Source: Ostreococcus lucimarinus | Lineage: Eukaryota | NCBI GenBank assembly: GCA_000092065.1 | Contig: CP000585.1 | Direction: 5' to 3' (one strand) | Length of the DNA stretch: 64,000 nucleotides | Shown: positions 39,254-49,782 of the stretch, in pieces | How positions within the stretch are numbered: the first letter of the stretch is position 1 | Layout: each line of letters begins with the position of its first letter | The notes under the pieces: generated by a model | Told to the model about the DNA's origin: nothing | The model's database searches: none | Seen by the model: only the letters and a program-made list of their open reading frames with translations | Program-made: the position numbers and the translations under genes

Positions 39254-41578
39254 ATGTCCGCCCTGTTCGACCACGTCGAGCGCGCGTCGAAACCGACCGA
39301 TGTCGCGTCGAGCAGACCCGTGAACGCTCGCTTCGCGTGCGCGTGCGAGGACGAGCGCGGTTCGTTTTACGTTTTAAATCACCGAGGCGAAATTCGATCG
39401 ACGCTCAGTCGCGACGTCGTGCGCTACGCCGTCGATCTCGACGCGAACGACGGCGCGCGCGCGCGCGTGGTCAAGCACGTCCCCGCGTACGGTAAGCCGT
39501 TCGACGCCGAGCGCGTGAGCGTGAGTCCGAGCGGGAGACACGCGTGCGCGAGCGGGGAGCGAGACGAGGGTTCGGGAGCGCGCGTCGTCGCGGCGTGTTA
39601 CGTCGCCTGTCTCAGCGCTGGCGTCTCCACGGGGTTTACGGGTGATGACGACTCGATTCGTCAAGCGAAAGAGCTCGATGATGGCGTGGAGACGCGCGCG
39701 TGCGCGGCGATAGGGGTGTGCGAGGAGGAATTCGAGGCGGTACCAAACGTGCGCGTCGTGCGGTGCGCGTGGCACCCGAGCGCGGACGCCACGCTGGCTA
39801 TGTTGACCACGGATGGCGTCTTTCGCTTGATTAATTGCGATAACGTCGCCGCTGGGGGTAAACCCGTGGTGGAACGGTGCTGGAAGTTGGATTTGAACGG
39901 GTCGTTTCCCGAGGCTTCGCCGTTGCGGCCAGACGTCGTGGACTTCGCGTTCGCGCCTGCGAACGGTTGGGGAGCTTTCACGGTGTATTTTCTCGCCAAG
40001 ACCGGCGATTTGCACGCCATGTGCCCCGTGGTCCCGCGTGGCGCGAAGTATCCGCGAGTCACGCTCAAGCATTTGGCGGCGGAGAACGCCGCCGCCGCGG
40101 CGTGGCTCGATGAAACGTTTCCCGAACTCGACGACACGCGTGTGCCCATGCTCGCCGCGCACGTGAGCAAGGACGAGGGAAGACCTGTGGCTTTGCAAGG
40201 ACCGTTACCGAGATCTGTTTCTTCCACGCAAGGTGCGTCCGAGGGTGAGGATGCCCTCGCGCTCGCGGTGTCGCCTGCGTTTTTCGATCTCGGCGTCGGT
40301 GGCACGGTGGCGACGCTCCACGCAAACGCCGCGCACGTGCACATTCTACCGAGCGAGGTGAAGCCGTCCTGGTGTGATGGCCCACATAGAAACGTCCGCG
40401 GATATACCTTCGTGATGAGTGATGCGTCGCCGTCGGCTCCCGATCTCCCCAAACTACTCACGGTGGACACCGTTCGTCTGAGCGCAACGCCGGGCGAACA
40501 AAGTTTGGCAAAGGTAAAATTTGCCAGTGTCACGTGGGATCCGGCTTTGCGAGAAAGAGTCTTCGTGTGTGTCAACGGTATCGTGCACTCCATAGTTTTA
40601 ACATGGCTTCCCGTCCTCGAAACTGCGGCCGAGGACGCGGTGGATGAAAATCACGCCGACTATGGCGCGTTGCCGATGCCTCAAGTTGCGGCGTTGTGCG
40701 ACTTTGACGCCCCGCTCGTCGGTCTGCAACCGCTCGGTGATCCCCTGGCCGAGGGAGTCGTTGTGACTATTAGGAGCGATGGTACACACAGAATGCTCAT
40801 CCCGCCCCCAGCGAGCGCTATGGCGGAGTCCGGAGGCGATCTGGCAACGTCCGCCGTCGCCGTGCAGCCGCAAACGCTCGAGGCGGGCTCTAGGAGCGAG
40901 CTGCGGGCGCTGTCCGAAGGTATTCGTAAAGATAAGATGAAGGGGGTAGACGAAATCATGAAAGAGTGCGGCGTGACGCCCGAGATGAAAACTGGAGATC
41001 CCGGCTCGAATGAGGCGCTCGCAAAGTGCGCGAGAGCGTTGAAGGAAATTTACGTCGACTACGCGAGAGACGTGCACGACGAAGTTCGCACGACAGCGCT
41101 TAGATTGACGGCGGAGATCAAAAGGCAAAAAGAAGAGGTTACCTCTCTTTTGAAAAGCGCCAATGATGCCATCGAACGCCACAACGCGCTCGTCGAGCGC
41201 ATAGAAGACTCGGCTGCGACGCACGAAAGTATTCGAGAGCGCCTACGGGATTTAGCCGAGCAGGAAAAGACCATTCCTCATCCACTCTCCAAGGCGGAAA
41301 AGTTGCTCAGATCACAAATGGAAGCGTACGAAGCGGATCTGCCGCTCTTGAAACAGCGCATCGACGAACTAAACGAGCGAGCGTCGGTGGCGACGGAACG
41401 AGACGACGACGACATCGGATACGTCGGCTCGCGGCGCGTCGTCGGTCAGTCCACCCCCACCGACGAGTGCGGCGAAGACGAGCGCAAAGTTCGAAAGGCA
41501 CTCACAGCGCAGGGTGATTCGATCAAAGAAAACGTCGCGAAAGCCAAATTAATTCGCGAATTGTTGCTAGATGACTAG
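39254..41578 (+). CDS. Beta-propeller plus C-terminal coiled-coil protein. A Nup88/Nup82-like nucleoporin is a tentative assignment.
   Basis: 774 aa. The first ~500 aa have WD/propeller-like periodicity. The last ~250 aa are an E/K/R-rich coiled coil. The architecture, not a motif, suggests Nup88. Confidence 0.3.
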   Translation: MSALFDHVERASKPTDVASSRPVNARFACACEDERGSFYVLNHRGEIRSTLSRDVVRYAVDLDANDGARARVVKHVPAYGKPFDAERVSVSPSGRHACASGERDEGSGARVVAACYVACLSAGVSTGFTGDDDSIRQAKELDDGVETRACAAIGVCEEEFEAVPNVRVVRCAWHPSADATLAMLTTDGVFRLINCDNVAAGGKPVVERCWKLDLNGSFPEASPLRPDVVDFAFAPANGWGAFTVYFLAKTGDLHAMCPVVPRGAKYPRVTLKHLAAENAAAAAWLDETFPELDDTRVPMLAAHVSKDEGRPVALQGPLPRSVSSTQGASEGEDALALAVSPAFFDLGVGGTVATLHANAAHVHILPSEVKPSWCDGPHRNVRGYTFVMSDASPSAPDLPKLLTVDTVRLSATPGEQSLAKVKFASVTWDPALRERVFVCVNGIVHSIVLTWLPVLETAAEDAVDENHADYGALPMPQVAALCDFDAPLVGLQPLGDPLAEGVVVTIRSDGTHRMLIPPPASAMAESGGDLATSAVAVQPQTLEAGSRSELRALSEGIRKDKMKGVDEIMKECGVTPEMKTGDPGSNEALAKCARALKEIYVDYARDVHDEVRTTALRLTAEIKRQKEEVTSLLKSANDAIERHNALVERIEDSAATHESIRERLRDLAEQEKTIPHPLSKAEKLLRSQMEAYEADLPLLKQRIDELNERASVATERDDDDIGYVGSRRVVGQSTPTDECGEDERKVRKALTAQGDSIKENVAKAKLIRELLLDD

Positions 41579-41654
41579 GGCAAAAGACTGTAAGAAGAGA
41601 CTGCGAGCTCGACGATTCCTCACACCTCCCTCACTCGGACGCGCGCGCGCGGTG

Positions 41655-41855
41655 ATGCCACCGACGGGGCCCTCGACGTCTGGGAAACTCGTCGTAGGTG
41701 TTCTAGTGACGGTTGCGACGTGCGCGGCGCTTGCGTCGAGCATTTATCCAGTGCTCATCGCCCCAGAGAAGCAGAGTGACAAAGCGCGCGCGCAGACGAC
41801 TGGGCTCAAACGCGCCGGGATGTGGGACACCGTCGATCGCAAAGCCAAATCGTGA
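41655..41855 (+). CDS. Hypothetical small single-pass membrane protein (66 aa)
   Basis: MPPTGPSTSGKLVVGVLVTVATCAALASSIYPVLIAPEKQSDKARAQTTGLKRAGMWDTVDRKAKS. ATG 41655 was verified. GC is lower than in the surroundings. Confidence 0.3.
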   Translation: MPPTGPSTSGKLVVGVLVTVATCAALASSIYPVLIAPEKQSDKARAQTTGLKRAGMWDTVDRKAKS

Positions 41856-41933
41856 CGTGTCGTTTGCGTTCGATGCGAGCGATGCAGTGTAGATAATGTA
41901 GAATAACAACGCACGCGTAGCTCAACGCGTCAA

Positions 41934-42350
41934 TCAAATGCCCAAACGCTTACGCATCTCTAACATGCGCTTCTGGTTCGTGTCAAACTCTCCTTCGTAC
42001 GCGTCGAACGGCACCGATAAGTCCGAAATATCGATACCCTTTTCACTGCATCGCTTGGAGAGATCGTGCATCTTATTTCGCAACTGCACGTTCCCCAACA
42101 TTCGCGACGGCAAGAAACGAGCGTCGCCCTTCTTCGGCGGTTTCCAATCCTTCGGCACCCAATCCATCCCTTCGGCGTCTCCGAATGGGTACGCATCACC
42201 CGGGAGGTCGAAATCGTAATACAAATCGTCCAGTTCGATCCCATTCGCCTTGGCTAAGGCGATCTCTCGCTCCAAATTTTTCTCGATGGCTTTCTGGCTG
42301 AGCACCGTCGCCCCGACTGCGACGCCGGTGAGGGCGAAGAACGCCGTCAT
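41934..42350 (-). CDS. Hypothetical N-terminally anchored small protein (138 aa)
   Basis: The N-terminus has a TM segment, MTAFFALTGVAVGATVLS, followed by a soluble acidic domain. GC is moderate and codon usage is coding-like. No family was recognised. Confidence 0.45.
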   Translation of the reverse strand: MTAFFALTGVAVGATVLSQKAIEKNLEREIALAKANGIELDDLYYDFDLPGDAYPFGDAEGMDWVPKDWKPPKKGDARFLPSRMLGNVQLRNKMHDLSKRCSEKGIDISDLSVPFDAYEGEFDTNQKRMLEMRKRLGI

Positions 42351-42913
42351 TCCACCCGCACGCGTGGTGACCGTCGACGCTCTCCTTGCAGAGCTCGAAG
42401 TCGGCGCGACGTTCGGCGTCGTGCGCTACGTGAGCGTCAAGCCAAAATTTTCGTCGTCAGTCGGTGGTTGGATACGATCGTCGTCGTGCGCGCGTTCGGC
42501 GTGTATATCACGCCTGGGGGTCTCGAGAGCACCGCGCGCGCGAATACAATCGACTTTACGTACCTTGACCGCGAGGGCTCGAGGCGCGGCGGCGATGCGC
42601 GCGTTCGCGGTGACGGTGAAGGACATCGTACGCACGAGGCAAGATATGCGGCGCGCGCGCGGAGAACGCGCGTTCGAATCTTAGTTTCTTCCCGCCGGTG
42701 ACGAAGACGCAGACGTAGATACACGCGCACGTCACGTGCTCATGACACTGGTGACGGCGCAAAGTTCGCGCGCGTTTTGAAATGATGAACAGATCTCCTC
42801 CGTTACAAGTTACGACACAAACGCGGCTATGAACACGTTTGTCGCCTGACACAACCCCCGACCCTCTAAGAACTTTAATTCAAACTCGTACGCATCCTAA
42901 GCGTTCGAAATTT

Positions 42914-44048
42914 TTACAATTTCGCAAGCTTGGCGGCTTCCTCCGCGTCCTTTTCGGCTTTGATAGCCTTGAGAATGCGCGGGCCGACTTGGCGCACGTT
43001 CATGCGCTCGACGCGAAGCTTTCTGTAAGCGCCGAAGTTCTTCATCTCATCGGTAACCGCGACCATCTCAACCGCCTTCTCAACCTTCTCAATCGGCATG
43101 ATGACAGAGCCCTTGTGTTGCGTCGCCGTGGCGAGGTCAGCCGCCGGGCTATCGCCGTGCTTCGGCTTGGAGTTCTTGCGCGGGAACAAGATCAACTTGG
43201 CCTTGTATTCCTCGAGGCGCTTCTTGTTGAGCTGCGTAATCGTAAAACGTAATATCATCAGTCTCGCGTTCGTCGTCGTTTCTCATCCCTCGCGCGTCGT
43301 CTCGCGCTCATCGCATCCTTCATCGGCGCTCAGTTAGGGTCTGCGCGCGCGGACCCTAACTGAGCGCCCCCGTCTCGCGTGAGCTCCCGCGCCGTCGCGC
43401 TCGAATGTACGCACCGCCAAAGACTCCTCACTGCGGTTACGACGACGGTGGTCGACGCAGATCCCGATCGTCGGGGCCATCTTCTTGGAGATACCAGCCG
43501 CCTGTCGCGCGTACACGATCGGTCCGTCAGTCTCGGTTCGCGATCGAGGGTCGCATCGCACGCGCGTTCGTGCGGCGCCTGTCGTCGTCCGTGACGCCCG
43601 TCGAGCATCGACGCGCGAAAGCTCAATACGTACCTTCAATTCCTCGAGCGTGAACCCACGACCGAGACGGGTCTTGAAGTTGTACCGCTGCGTCGGCGGG
43701 TGCACGAGCGGGCGGAGCGAGCCCGCGACGGGGCGCGGGAACGTCTTCTTCGCCTTCAACTCACGCGCGTTACGGCGAGACTTCTTGCGACCGGCTGCGT
43801 GCGAGGTAAAACGTAATTCGTTCGTCAGTGTGCGTTCGTCGAGATCGCGTCGTCGTCGCGCACGGCGTCGCATCGAGCGTCATGAGACGTCGTGACCGAT
43901 GAAAGACCTAATCACGCAGCCGCGTCTCGGATCGCGCGCGCGACGCACCTTGGTTGAGCCACGTGCGCACGCGGCATTGGCCGTTGATGGTGTTACCCTG
44001 CCAATCCTTCTTGAAGTGCGCGTTGGGTAATTGGTTGTTGCCCTTCAT
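42914..44048 (-). CDS. RPL13: 60S ribosomal protein L13 (eL13), 4 exons: complement(join(42914..43231,43415..43501,43634..43794,43949..44048))
   Basis: Exon 1 encodes [17 protein letters not shown]...RVRTWLNQ. Exon 2 encodes [54 protein letters not shown]. Exon 3 encodes [29 protein letters not shown]. Exon 4 encodes [19 protein letters not shown]...AKLAKL. All align to eL13. The donors are GTGCGT, GTACGT and GTGCGT. Two acceptors are ...ACGCAG. Splice phases were checked by hand and total 221 aa. Confidence 0.85.
43328..43365. repeat. Inverted repeat in RPL13 intron 3: 14-bp perfect stem with a 10-nt GC spacer, containing the telomere-like TTAGGG/CCCTAA
   Basis: gctcagttagggtc-tgcgcgcgcg-gaccctaactgagc was read directly. 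Confidence 0.8.
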
Positions 44049-44226
44049 CTTGACGCGTCGGTAAAAGGCGGAGGCTGCACGCGCTCGATCGGGCATGGGC
44101 GAAAATTCCCAAACCCTCGCGCGCGCGCTCGCGATCGAAGGCAAGGGCGAAGAGTGCGTTTCAAATCTATCATAACAACAACGCGTGCGTGCGAAATGCG
44201 AGCAAATAATGGTTTTGTGTGCGTGA

Positions 44227-46935
44227 CTACGCGGATGCACCGCCGAAAACGTCGCGAATGGCTCGAGCGGCGACGCGCGAACTGAGCCGGCGGGCGAGCT
44301 CGGGGACGATTTCGGTGGCCACGGCGGGCAAGAGTGGTGAGATTTCGTTGAATGCACGCGCGTTGACGCGGGAGGATGCATCGGCAAAGTTGAAATCTCG
44401 AACATCGAATTGGACTTCGTCACTTCGCTTGCCGCGAAGAAGGAAATTCAAGAGCTTGGTCGTGCTCGCGAGCGTCTCCTTGTCCGCGTTCGTCATCTTC
44501 GGTGACAGCGGCACGAAGCTCGGGAAACCAGGTAAGAACACGGGGATGCTGGTGTTTTGGAGCCCAAACGCGGTTAAGAGCCGGATGACGTTATCTCGAC
44601 TCAACGCATCGATCCCCTTGACGGCTTCATCGAGTAAGAACTCCCGGAAGAAGGAGCCGTCGGCGGAGAGGACGAATTGCAGCGCGTCGCGCGTCGCCTT
44701 TTCCTCAGCCGTCGCTGGCGCTGGAGCGTTCAGCGCCAAACGCGGGCTCGCCGCTTGTTTCGTCGGGTCACCTTGCGACATCACGCTCGCCGCGCGGAAC
44801 GTTTCCAACGCTTCGAGGAGATCAATCATTCTGTCGGCGTCGAAGACTTCTTTTTTGCCGTACACCATGTAACGAAGCGCCTCGCGAAGACGCGGAGAGT
44901 CGTCCGTTAACAATCGCTTAGCGATGTACGGATACGCTTCGTCGACGAGCGCAAACTCAGGGTTGCCCACGAGCGCGATACCCTCCAACACGCCGATGGC
45001 TCGAATGATGAGCGCAAAGTACGGCGGGATGCGGAACGGGTAATCGAACGTGATTTGCGCCAAGTCCGCCGCCAACTCTTGGAAGTTGATGTTTTTCGCC
45101 CCACCACCCTCGAGCGCTTGGTCGAACACGCGACCGAGGACGGGTAGGATCGGTCGTAAATCCGTGCCTTCGGGAATGAAATCGAGGGTGACGAAATCCT
45201 TCACAATGGCTTCGTAGTCACGATGGATGAGATGCGAAATCGCCTCAATCATCCCGTACTTGATGTTGTCGTCGATGTCCGTCATCAGACCAAAATCGAG
45301 AATCGCGAGTCGTCCATCGGGGGTGCGAATCAGGTTTCCAGGATGTGGATCTGCGTGGAAAAACCCGGTGTCTAGCAGTTGCTTCAAGTAGCAAATGACG
45401 CCGATGTTCACCAAGTCGCCCACGTCGTCCGCCGTGCTCTGCGAAAGTTTTTCACCCTCGAGCCATTCGGAGGTGATGACTTTACGGCGCGTATACTTGG
45501 CGAAAGTCTTAGGAACGACGACTTGCGGCAAATCCTTGGCGATGCTCGCCGCGAATTTGGTTTGATTTTCGCCTTCGAGGTTGTAATCGAGCTCTTCGAA
45601 GAAACGCGCAGCCCACTCGTCGAGCAAGCCGACGACATCCGTCGTGATGGCGGGAAACCGCTTCAGGAACATTCCAATTTTTCTCAAAACGTACAAATCA
45701 ACCGAGACCGTCTCCAACACTGCCGGTCGCTGCACCTTGACGGCGACGATGTCGCCAGTCTCCTTGAGCACGCCTTTGTACACTTGTCCGAGCGACGCCG
45801 CGGCGACGGGTTCGGGGCCGAGCTCGGTGTAGACGTCTTGCCACTTGCATCCGAGTTCATCCTCGAGCGTGGCGAACGCCAATCCGTTATCGAAACTCGG
45901 AACCTTATCGCAAAGCTTTTGCAACTCATTCATCGCCGCCGGGGTCAAAATGTCTGGACGAATGGACAACGCCTGACCCAACTTGATGTACGCCGGTCCG
46001 AGCGACGTGACGATTTCTCTCAACTGAATCGCCCGCTTCACCGCGTTCTCCTCCACGCTCTTCGTCACGAAATCACTGATGATGCCCGTGATGAAAGAGC
46101 CACCGATCGTGGATAACTGTGCCACGCGCTGCGCCACCGCCGCGGGACGTCTCGACCAATAATTCGCGATGAGCTCTGGGTCGTAATACAACGGCAGCTC
46201 GTCCCCGAGCTCGTCGTTCTTCAATTTGTCCACGTCCACCACCTTCATCCGCACCCCATCCGCGGCGAAATCGCTCGCATCGATGTTCGTTCCTCGCAAT
46301 CCAGCCATGAGCACGCTCAAATCCTCATCCTCTTCCATCTGTCTCCGCACGTCGCTCATCTGTTTCTTCATATCCGCCACGGACGACGACGACGACGACG
46401 ACGATTGCGTCGCCCCGCGTCGCCCGCCCTCCGCGCCTTCCCGCGCCGTCTCCACCTCCGGTTCCCGTATCGCTCGCGTTCGCGCGTCTCGCGTCGTCGT
46501 CCGTCTTCCTCGCGCGCCGTCCGCGCCGTCGCGCGTCGCCCCGTCGCCCCGTCCCGCGCGCGTCGACGTCGACGCGCGCGCGCGCGTCTCTCTCGCGCCC
46601 GCCGCGCGCGCGCGTCGCCCGATCGCGCGCGTCGTCGTCGGCGTCGTCGCCATCGTCGTCGACGTCGCCATCGTCGCCATCGTCGTCGTCACCGCGTCGT
46701 CGTCGCCCTCGTCGTCGTCGTCGTCGTCGCGCGGTGTGCCGTCGCCGCGGGACCGCGCGACCGCGCGACCGCGGGACCGACGGACGGCGAAGACGCGCGC
46801 GCGAGGCCGGCGCGATGCCGGCGCGGCCTGCGCGTTTACCGTCCGACTGTTTGCGCGTGCGATCGAACGTGGACGAAAATACCGTATTGAAGCGCCCAAA
46901 AGCGCGATGTCGCGCGTCGATCGGCGATCGCGCAA
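44227..46935 (-). CDS. ABC1/ADCK atypical kinase (ABC1K, plastoglobule-type), plastid-targeted
   Basis: 902-aa ORF. The ABC1 domain includes YDPELIANYWSRRP, LGQALSIRPDILTPAAMNELQKLCDKVP, AASLGQVYKG, and HADPHPGNL...DFG. The long T/R/A-rich N-terminus means the true start may be about 46680 (MATMATSTT). Confidence 0.8.
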   Translation of the reverse strand: MRDRRSTRDIALLGASIRYFRPRSIARANSRTVNAQAAPASRRPRARVFAVRRSRGRAVARSRGDGTPRDDDDDDEGDDDAVTTTMATMATSTTMATTPTTTRAIGRRARAAGARETRARASTSTRAGRGDGATRDGADGARGRRTTTRDARTRAIREPEVETAREGAEGGRRGATQSSSSSSSSVADMKKQMSDVRRQMEEDEDLSVLMAGLRGTNIDASDFAADGVRMKVVDVDKLKNDELGDELPLYYDPELIANYWSRRPAAVAQRVAQLSTIGGSFITGIISDFVTKSVEENAVKRAIQLREIVTSLGPAYIKLGQALSIRPDILTPAAMNELQKLCDKVPSFDNGLAFATLEDELGCKWQDVYTELGPEPVAAASLGQVYKGVLKETGDIVAVKVQRPAVLETVSVDLYVLRKIGMFLKRFPAITTDVVGLLDEWAARFFEELDYNLEGENQTKFAASIAKDLPQVVVPKTFAKYTRRKVITSEWLEGEKLSQSTADDVGDLVNIGVICYLKQLLDTGFFHADPHPGNLIRTPDGRLAILDFGLMTDIDDNIKYGMIEAISHLIHRDYEAIVKDFVTLDFIPEGTDLRPILPVLGRVFDQALEGGGAKNINFQELAADLAQITFDYPFRIPPYFALIIRAIGVLEGIALVGNPEFALVDEAYPYIAKRLLTDDSPRLREALRYMVYGKKEVFDADRMIDLLEALETFRAASVMSQGDPTKQAASPRLALNAPAPATAEEKATRDALQFVLSADGSFFREFLLDEAVKGIDALSRDNVIRLLTAFGLQNTSIPVFLPGFPSFVPLSPKMTNADKETLASTTKLLNFLLRGKRSDEVQFDVRDFNFADASSRVNARAFNEISPLLPAVATEIVPELARRLSSRVAARAIRDVFGGASA

Positions 46936-46949
46936 TCGCGTCGGTCGAC

Positions 46950-47230
46950 CGCGCGTCCGCCCGACGCGACGCCGGCCGCGTCGGGCGCGTCGGACGCGCG
47001 CGCGCGATTCGACGCGACCGCGACGCGCGCGATTCGACGCCGGGGGGGGGCGTCGAGGCGACGACGCGACCGCGACCGCGACCGCGACGACGACCGCGAC
47101 CGCGACCGCGACCGCGACGCGACGCGACGACGCGCGACCGACGCGCGCGCGATTCGCGTCGCGCGACGCGATTGCGCGAATCGCATCGACCGCTCGAGAC
47201 GAAACGAAACGAAACGACGACGACGCGGTC
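46950..47230. repeat. GC-rich low-complexity promoter region with a (CGCGAC)n microsatellite and (GAAAC)3
   Basis: cgcgaccgcgaccgcgaccgcgacgacgaccgcgaccgcgaccgcgaccgcgacgc was read at about 47075-47130. The overlapping 500-aa ORFs on both strands are artefacts. Confidence 0.7.
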
Positions 47231-47306
47231 GCGCGGTCGAAGACGGACGACGGACGACGCCGAACGGTGCGACGAGATCGACGGTCGCGCGTGACGGGGG
47301 CTCGAG

Positions 47307-49736
47307 ATGCGGGCGACGTCGTGCGCCGCGGCGGGCACGAGCGGGACGTCGAGCGAGAGACGCGCGACGGGGACGCGGCGAACGCGAGGAGCGAGTCGAA
47401 GGTGCGGATGCGGGACGACGACGACGAAGACGACGATGCGCCCGCGCACGCCCACGCGCACGCGCGCGGTGGCGCCGAAACCGAACGACGATCCCGAAAC
47501 CGCCACGGGTTGGGAACACATCACGCCAGAGTTTTTGTGGAACACCGAGCTCGCGAGACGGGTTCGGTACTTGGACGAATTCGAGCGCGCGGAGGTGCGA
47601 GACGCGCTGGAAGTGGCGTTCAACGCGCACGATGGACAAGCTCGAAAGAGCGGGGAGCCGTACATCACGCATCCGGTTGCCGTGGCGGCCATCTTGGCGG
47701 AGATGGAACTCGACCACGAGAGTCTCGTCGCGGGTTTGTTGCACGACACGGTGGAGGACACGGACGCGGTGACGTTTGAATCGCTCGAGAAGCGCTACGG
47801 CACCGCAGTGCGAAGGATCGTCGAGGGTGAGACCAAGGTGAGTAAGGTGAGTTCGTCGCTGAGCAAAGAGTCGCAGCAGATCAACGGAACTTCTGCGGAG
47901 GACGTCAAGTCGGAGGATTTGGCGCAAATGTTTCTCGCCATGACGGAGGAAGTTCGCATCATCATCGTCAAGCTCGCCGATCGCTTGCATAACATGCGCA
48001 CGCTGGAAGGTTTGAAGCCGGAGAAGCGAGTGAAGATCGCAAACGAGACGTTACTCGTTTTCGCGCCCCTGGCCAAGCTTCTCGGGATGTACAAGGTTAA
48101 GAATGAATTGGAGGATTTGTCCTTTCGGTACGCCAACCCGGACGCGTACGCGGAGATGTCGCGACGTTGCGACGAGCTGAGCAAACAGCAAGAGAGTGTG
48201 ATCCAAAGGGCAGCGGTCACATTGCAAGAAACAATGCAAGGCGACGATTTCTTGCGCGGGAACACGGTGGGTGTGACGATTCAAGCCAAGGCTAAAGAGT
48301 TGTATGGTTTGCACCGCAAATTAAGCGCCGGCGGGAGACGAAGCGGAAGCGCCTTGAACGGGGACTCAAAGAACATCGATGACATTTTCGAAGTAGCTCA
48401 GCTTCGTGTCATTTTGCACGACACCGGAGCCATGGCCGGTATGACCGGCGAAGCGCGCAGATTACAAGCGAGTAGAGTGTGTTATCACGTCCTCGGCATT
48501 GTGCATGCGATGTGGCCGCCTGTTCCGGGCAACATGAAGGACTACATTGCGACGCCGAAATTGAACGGCTACAAGGCTCTGCACACGGTGATTTTACCCA
48601 TCAGTCCAGATGATGCAAATCCTACCGGTGGTATCGAAGAAACTCCCGTGTTCCCGATGGAGATTATGATTCGCACCGAGGCGATGCACATCTTGGCTGA
48701 AAACGGCATCGCCGCCGACGCGGAGATTCGGCAGCAGTGGCGCGCGGGCGCGCGCAGGACGAGCCGTGCGCTCCGCGCGCGCAGGCGCGCGGAATTACGT
48801 TACGCCGCGAGTCAAGAAGGTCGAGACGTGGACTTGAAGGCGTTGGAAAGGGAGGAGGCGCTCGACATGGCGGCGGCGGCGGCGGACAAAGGCACCGAGG
48901 AAAACGTCGACGCGTCGTTGCGGCAAGTGGCTTGGTTGAAAAACATACAGTCTTGGCAAAAAGAATTCATTGACGTTTTGAGCGCGCGTGAATTCGTAGA
49001 CACGATCACGTCCGATCTACTCGGCCGTCGTGTGTTCGTTTTCACTCCGAAAGGGCAAGTCACCAACTTGCCTCACGGCGCCACGGTGGTCGACTACGCG
49101 TTTTACACGGGAGAAACGGGAATGCTCATGGAGTACGCCAAGGTGAATGGAGTGCAGGTGGAATTTGATCACGTGCTCACAAACGCCGAGGTTGTTGAGA
49201 TTTTCAACGAAGGAAAAGAGTTACCCGCGCACGTAATGCTGCGGCGGTTGCGAAAATTAAGACTCAACGCGTCGACTCGCTCGGCGCGGGCAAAAATCCA
49301 GAAGCAGCTCGCCCGCCTGGGAAGTGGCGATATCAAAGAGTTGCGCGAGTCTTTGCAAGTCGAAGCCCTCACCCTGTGTGGGGAGTCGATTCCAGACAAT
49401 CTCGGCCCAGGCCCTCGCACGGTGACGTATTGCGCATACATGTTTGAGCTCGTCGCCGCCGATCGTACGGGATTGCTCGCGACGGTGAGCGCCGCCATCA
49501 CGAAGAGTGGTGCCAACATCGATTCATACACCGGGGTGAAGGTTGCCGATGACTGCTTCAAAATGAGCTTTGCCATTCACTTCGACGACAACGAGCTTCG
49601 CAACGGCGCGAGTTTGAAGAGCTTGGATGAAAATTTGAGTCGTCTGTTCACCGAAGTCACGTCGTTCAAGGGCGTCGCGAGCGGGTCTTTGTATTGCGAC
49701 GTCGACGCCGCGGTGCGCGCCGCAGGGCAGGAATAA
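47307..49736 (+). CDS. RelA/SpoT homolog (RSH), (p)ppGpp synthetase/hydrolase, plastid-type
   Basis: 809 aa. The HD hydrolase motif is ITHPVAVAAILAEMELDHESLVAGLLHDTVEDT. The synthetase region reads ...RVCYHVLGIVHAMWPPVPGNMKDYIATPKLNGYKALHTVI. It also has TGS-like and C-terminal ACT-like segments and an N-terminal presequence. Confidence 0.85.
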   Translation: MRATSCAAAGTSGTSSERRATGTRRTRGASRRCGCGTTTTKTTMRPRTPTRTRAVAPKPNDDPETATGWEHITPEFLWNTELARRVRYLDEFERAEVRDALEVAFNAHDGQARKSGEPYITHPVAVAAILAEMELDHESLVAGLLHDTVEDTDAVTFESLEKRYGTAVRRIVEGETKVSKVSSSLSKESQQINGTSAEDVKSEDLAQMFLAMTEEVRIIIVKLADRLHNMRTLEGLKPEKRVKIANETLLVFAPLAKLLGMYKVKNELEDLSFRYANPDAYAEMSRRCDELSKQQESVIQRAAVTLQETMQGDDFLRGNTVGVTIQAKAKELYGLHRKLSAGGRRSGSALNGDSKNIDDIFEVAQLRVILHDTGAMAGMTGEARRLQASRVCYHVLGIVHAMWPPVPGNMKDYIATPKLNGYKALHTVILPISPDDANPTGGIEETPVFPMEIMIRTEAMHILAENGIAADAEIRQQWRAGARRTSRALRARRRAELRYAASQEGRDVDLKALEREEALDMAAAAADKGTEENVDASLRQVAWLKNIQSWQKEFIDVLSAREFVDTITSDLLGRRVFVFTPKGQVTNLPHGATVVDYAFYTGETGMLMEYAKVNGVQVEFDHVLTNAEVVEIFNEGKELPAHVMLRRLRKLRLNASTRSARAKIQKQLARLGSGDIKELRESLQVEALTLCGESIPDNLGPGPRTVTYCAYMFELVAADRTGLLATVSAAITKSGANIDSYTGVKVADDCFKMSFAIHFDDNELRNGASLKSLDENLSRLFTEVTSFKGVASGSLYCDVDAAVRAAGQE

Positions 49737-49782
49737 AATCGCGCAGATTCAGCATCATCGCAAAAATTAGCCATTGACGACT

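Noticed and set aside
42660-42700. tRNA-like T-loop motif gcgttcgaatc
   Set aside because: The flanking bases do not form a T-stem and no acceptor or anticodon arms could be built, so it is not a tRNA.
46226-47990. ORFs 46226..47779 +, 46325..47761 -, 46836..47990 - (384-517 aa) and 46405..47294 +
   Set aside because: They span the (CGCGAC)n / 85% GC intergenic region and the antisense of the RSH 5' end. They are poly-Arg/Asp/Gly translations with no domain signature.
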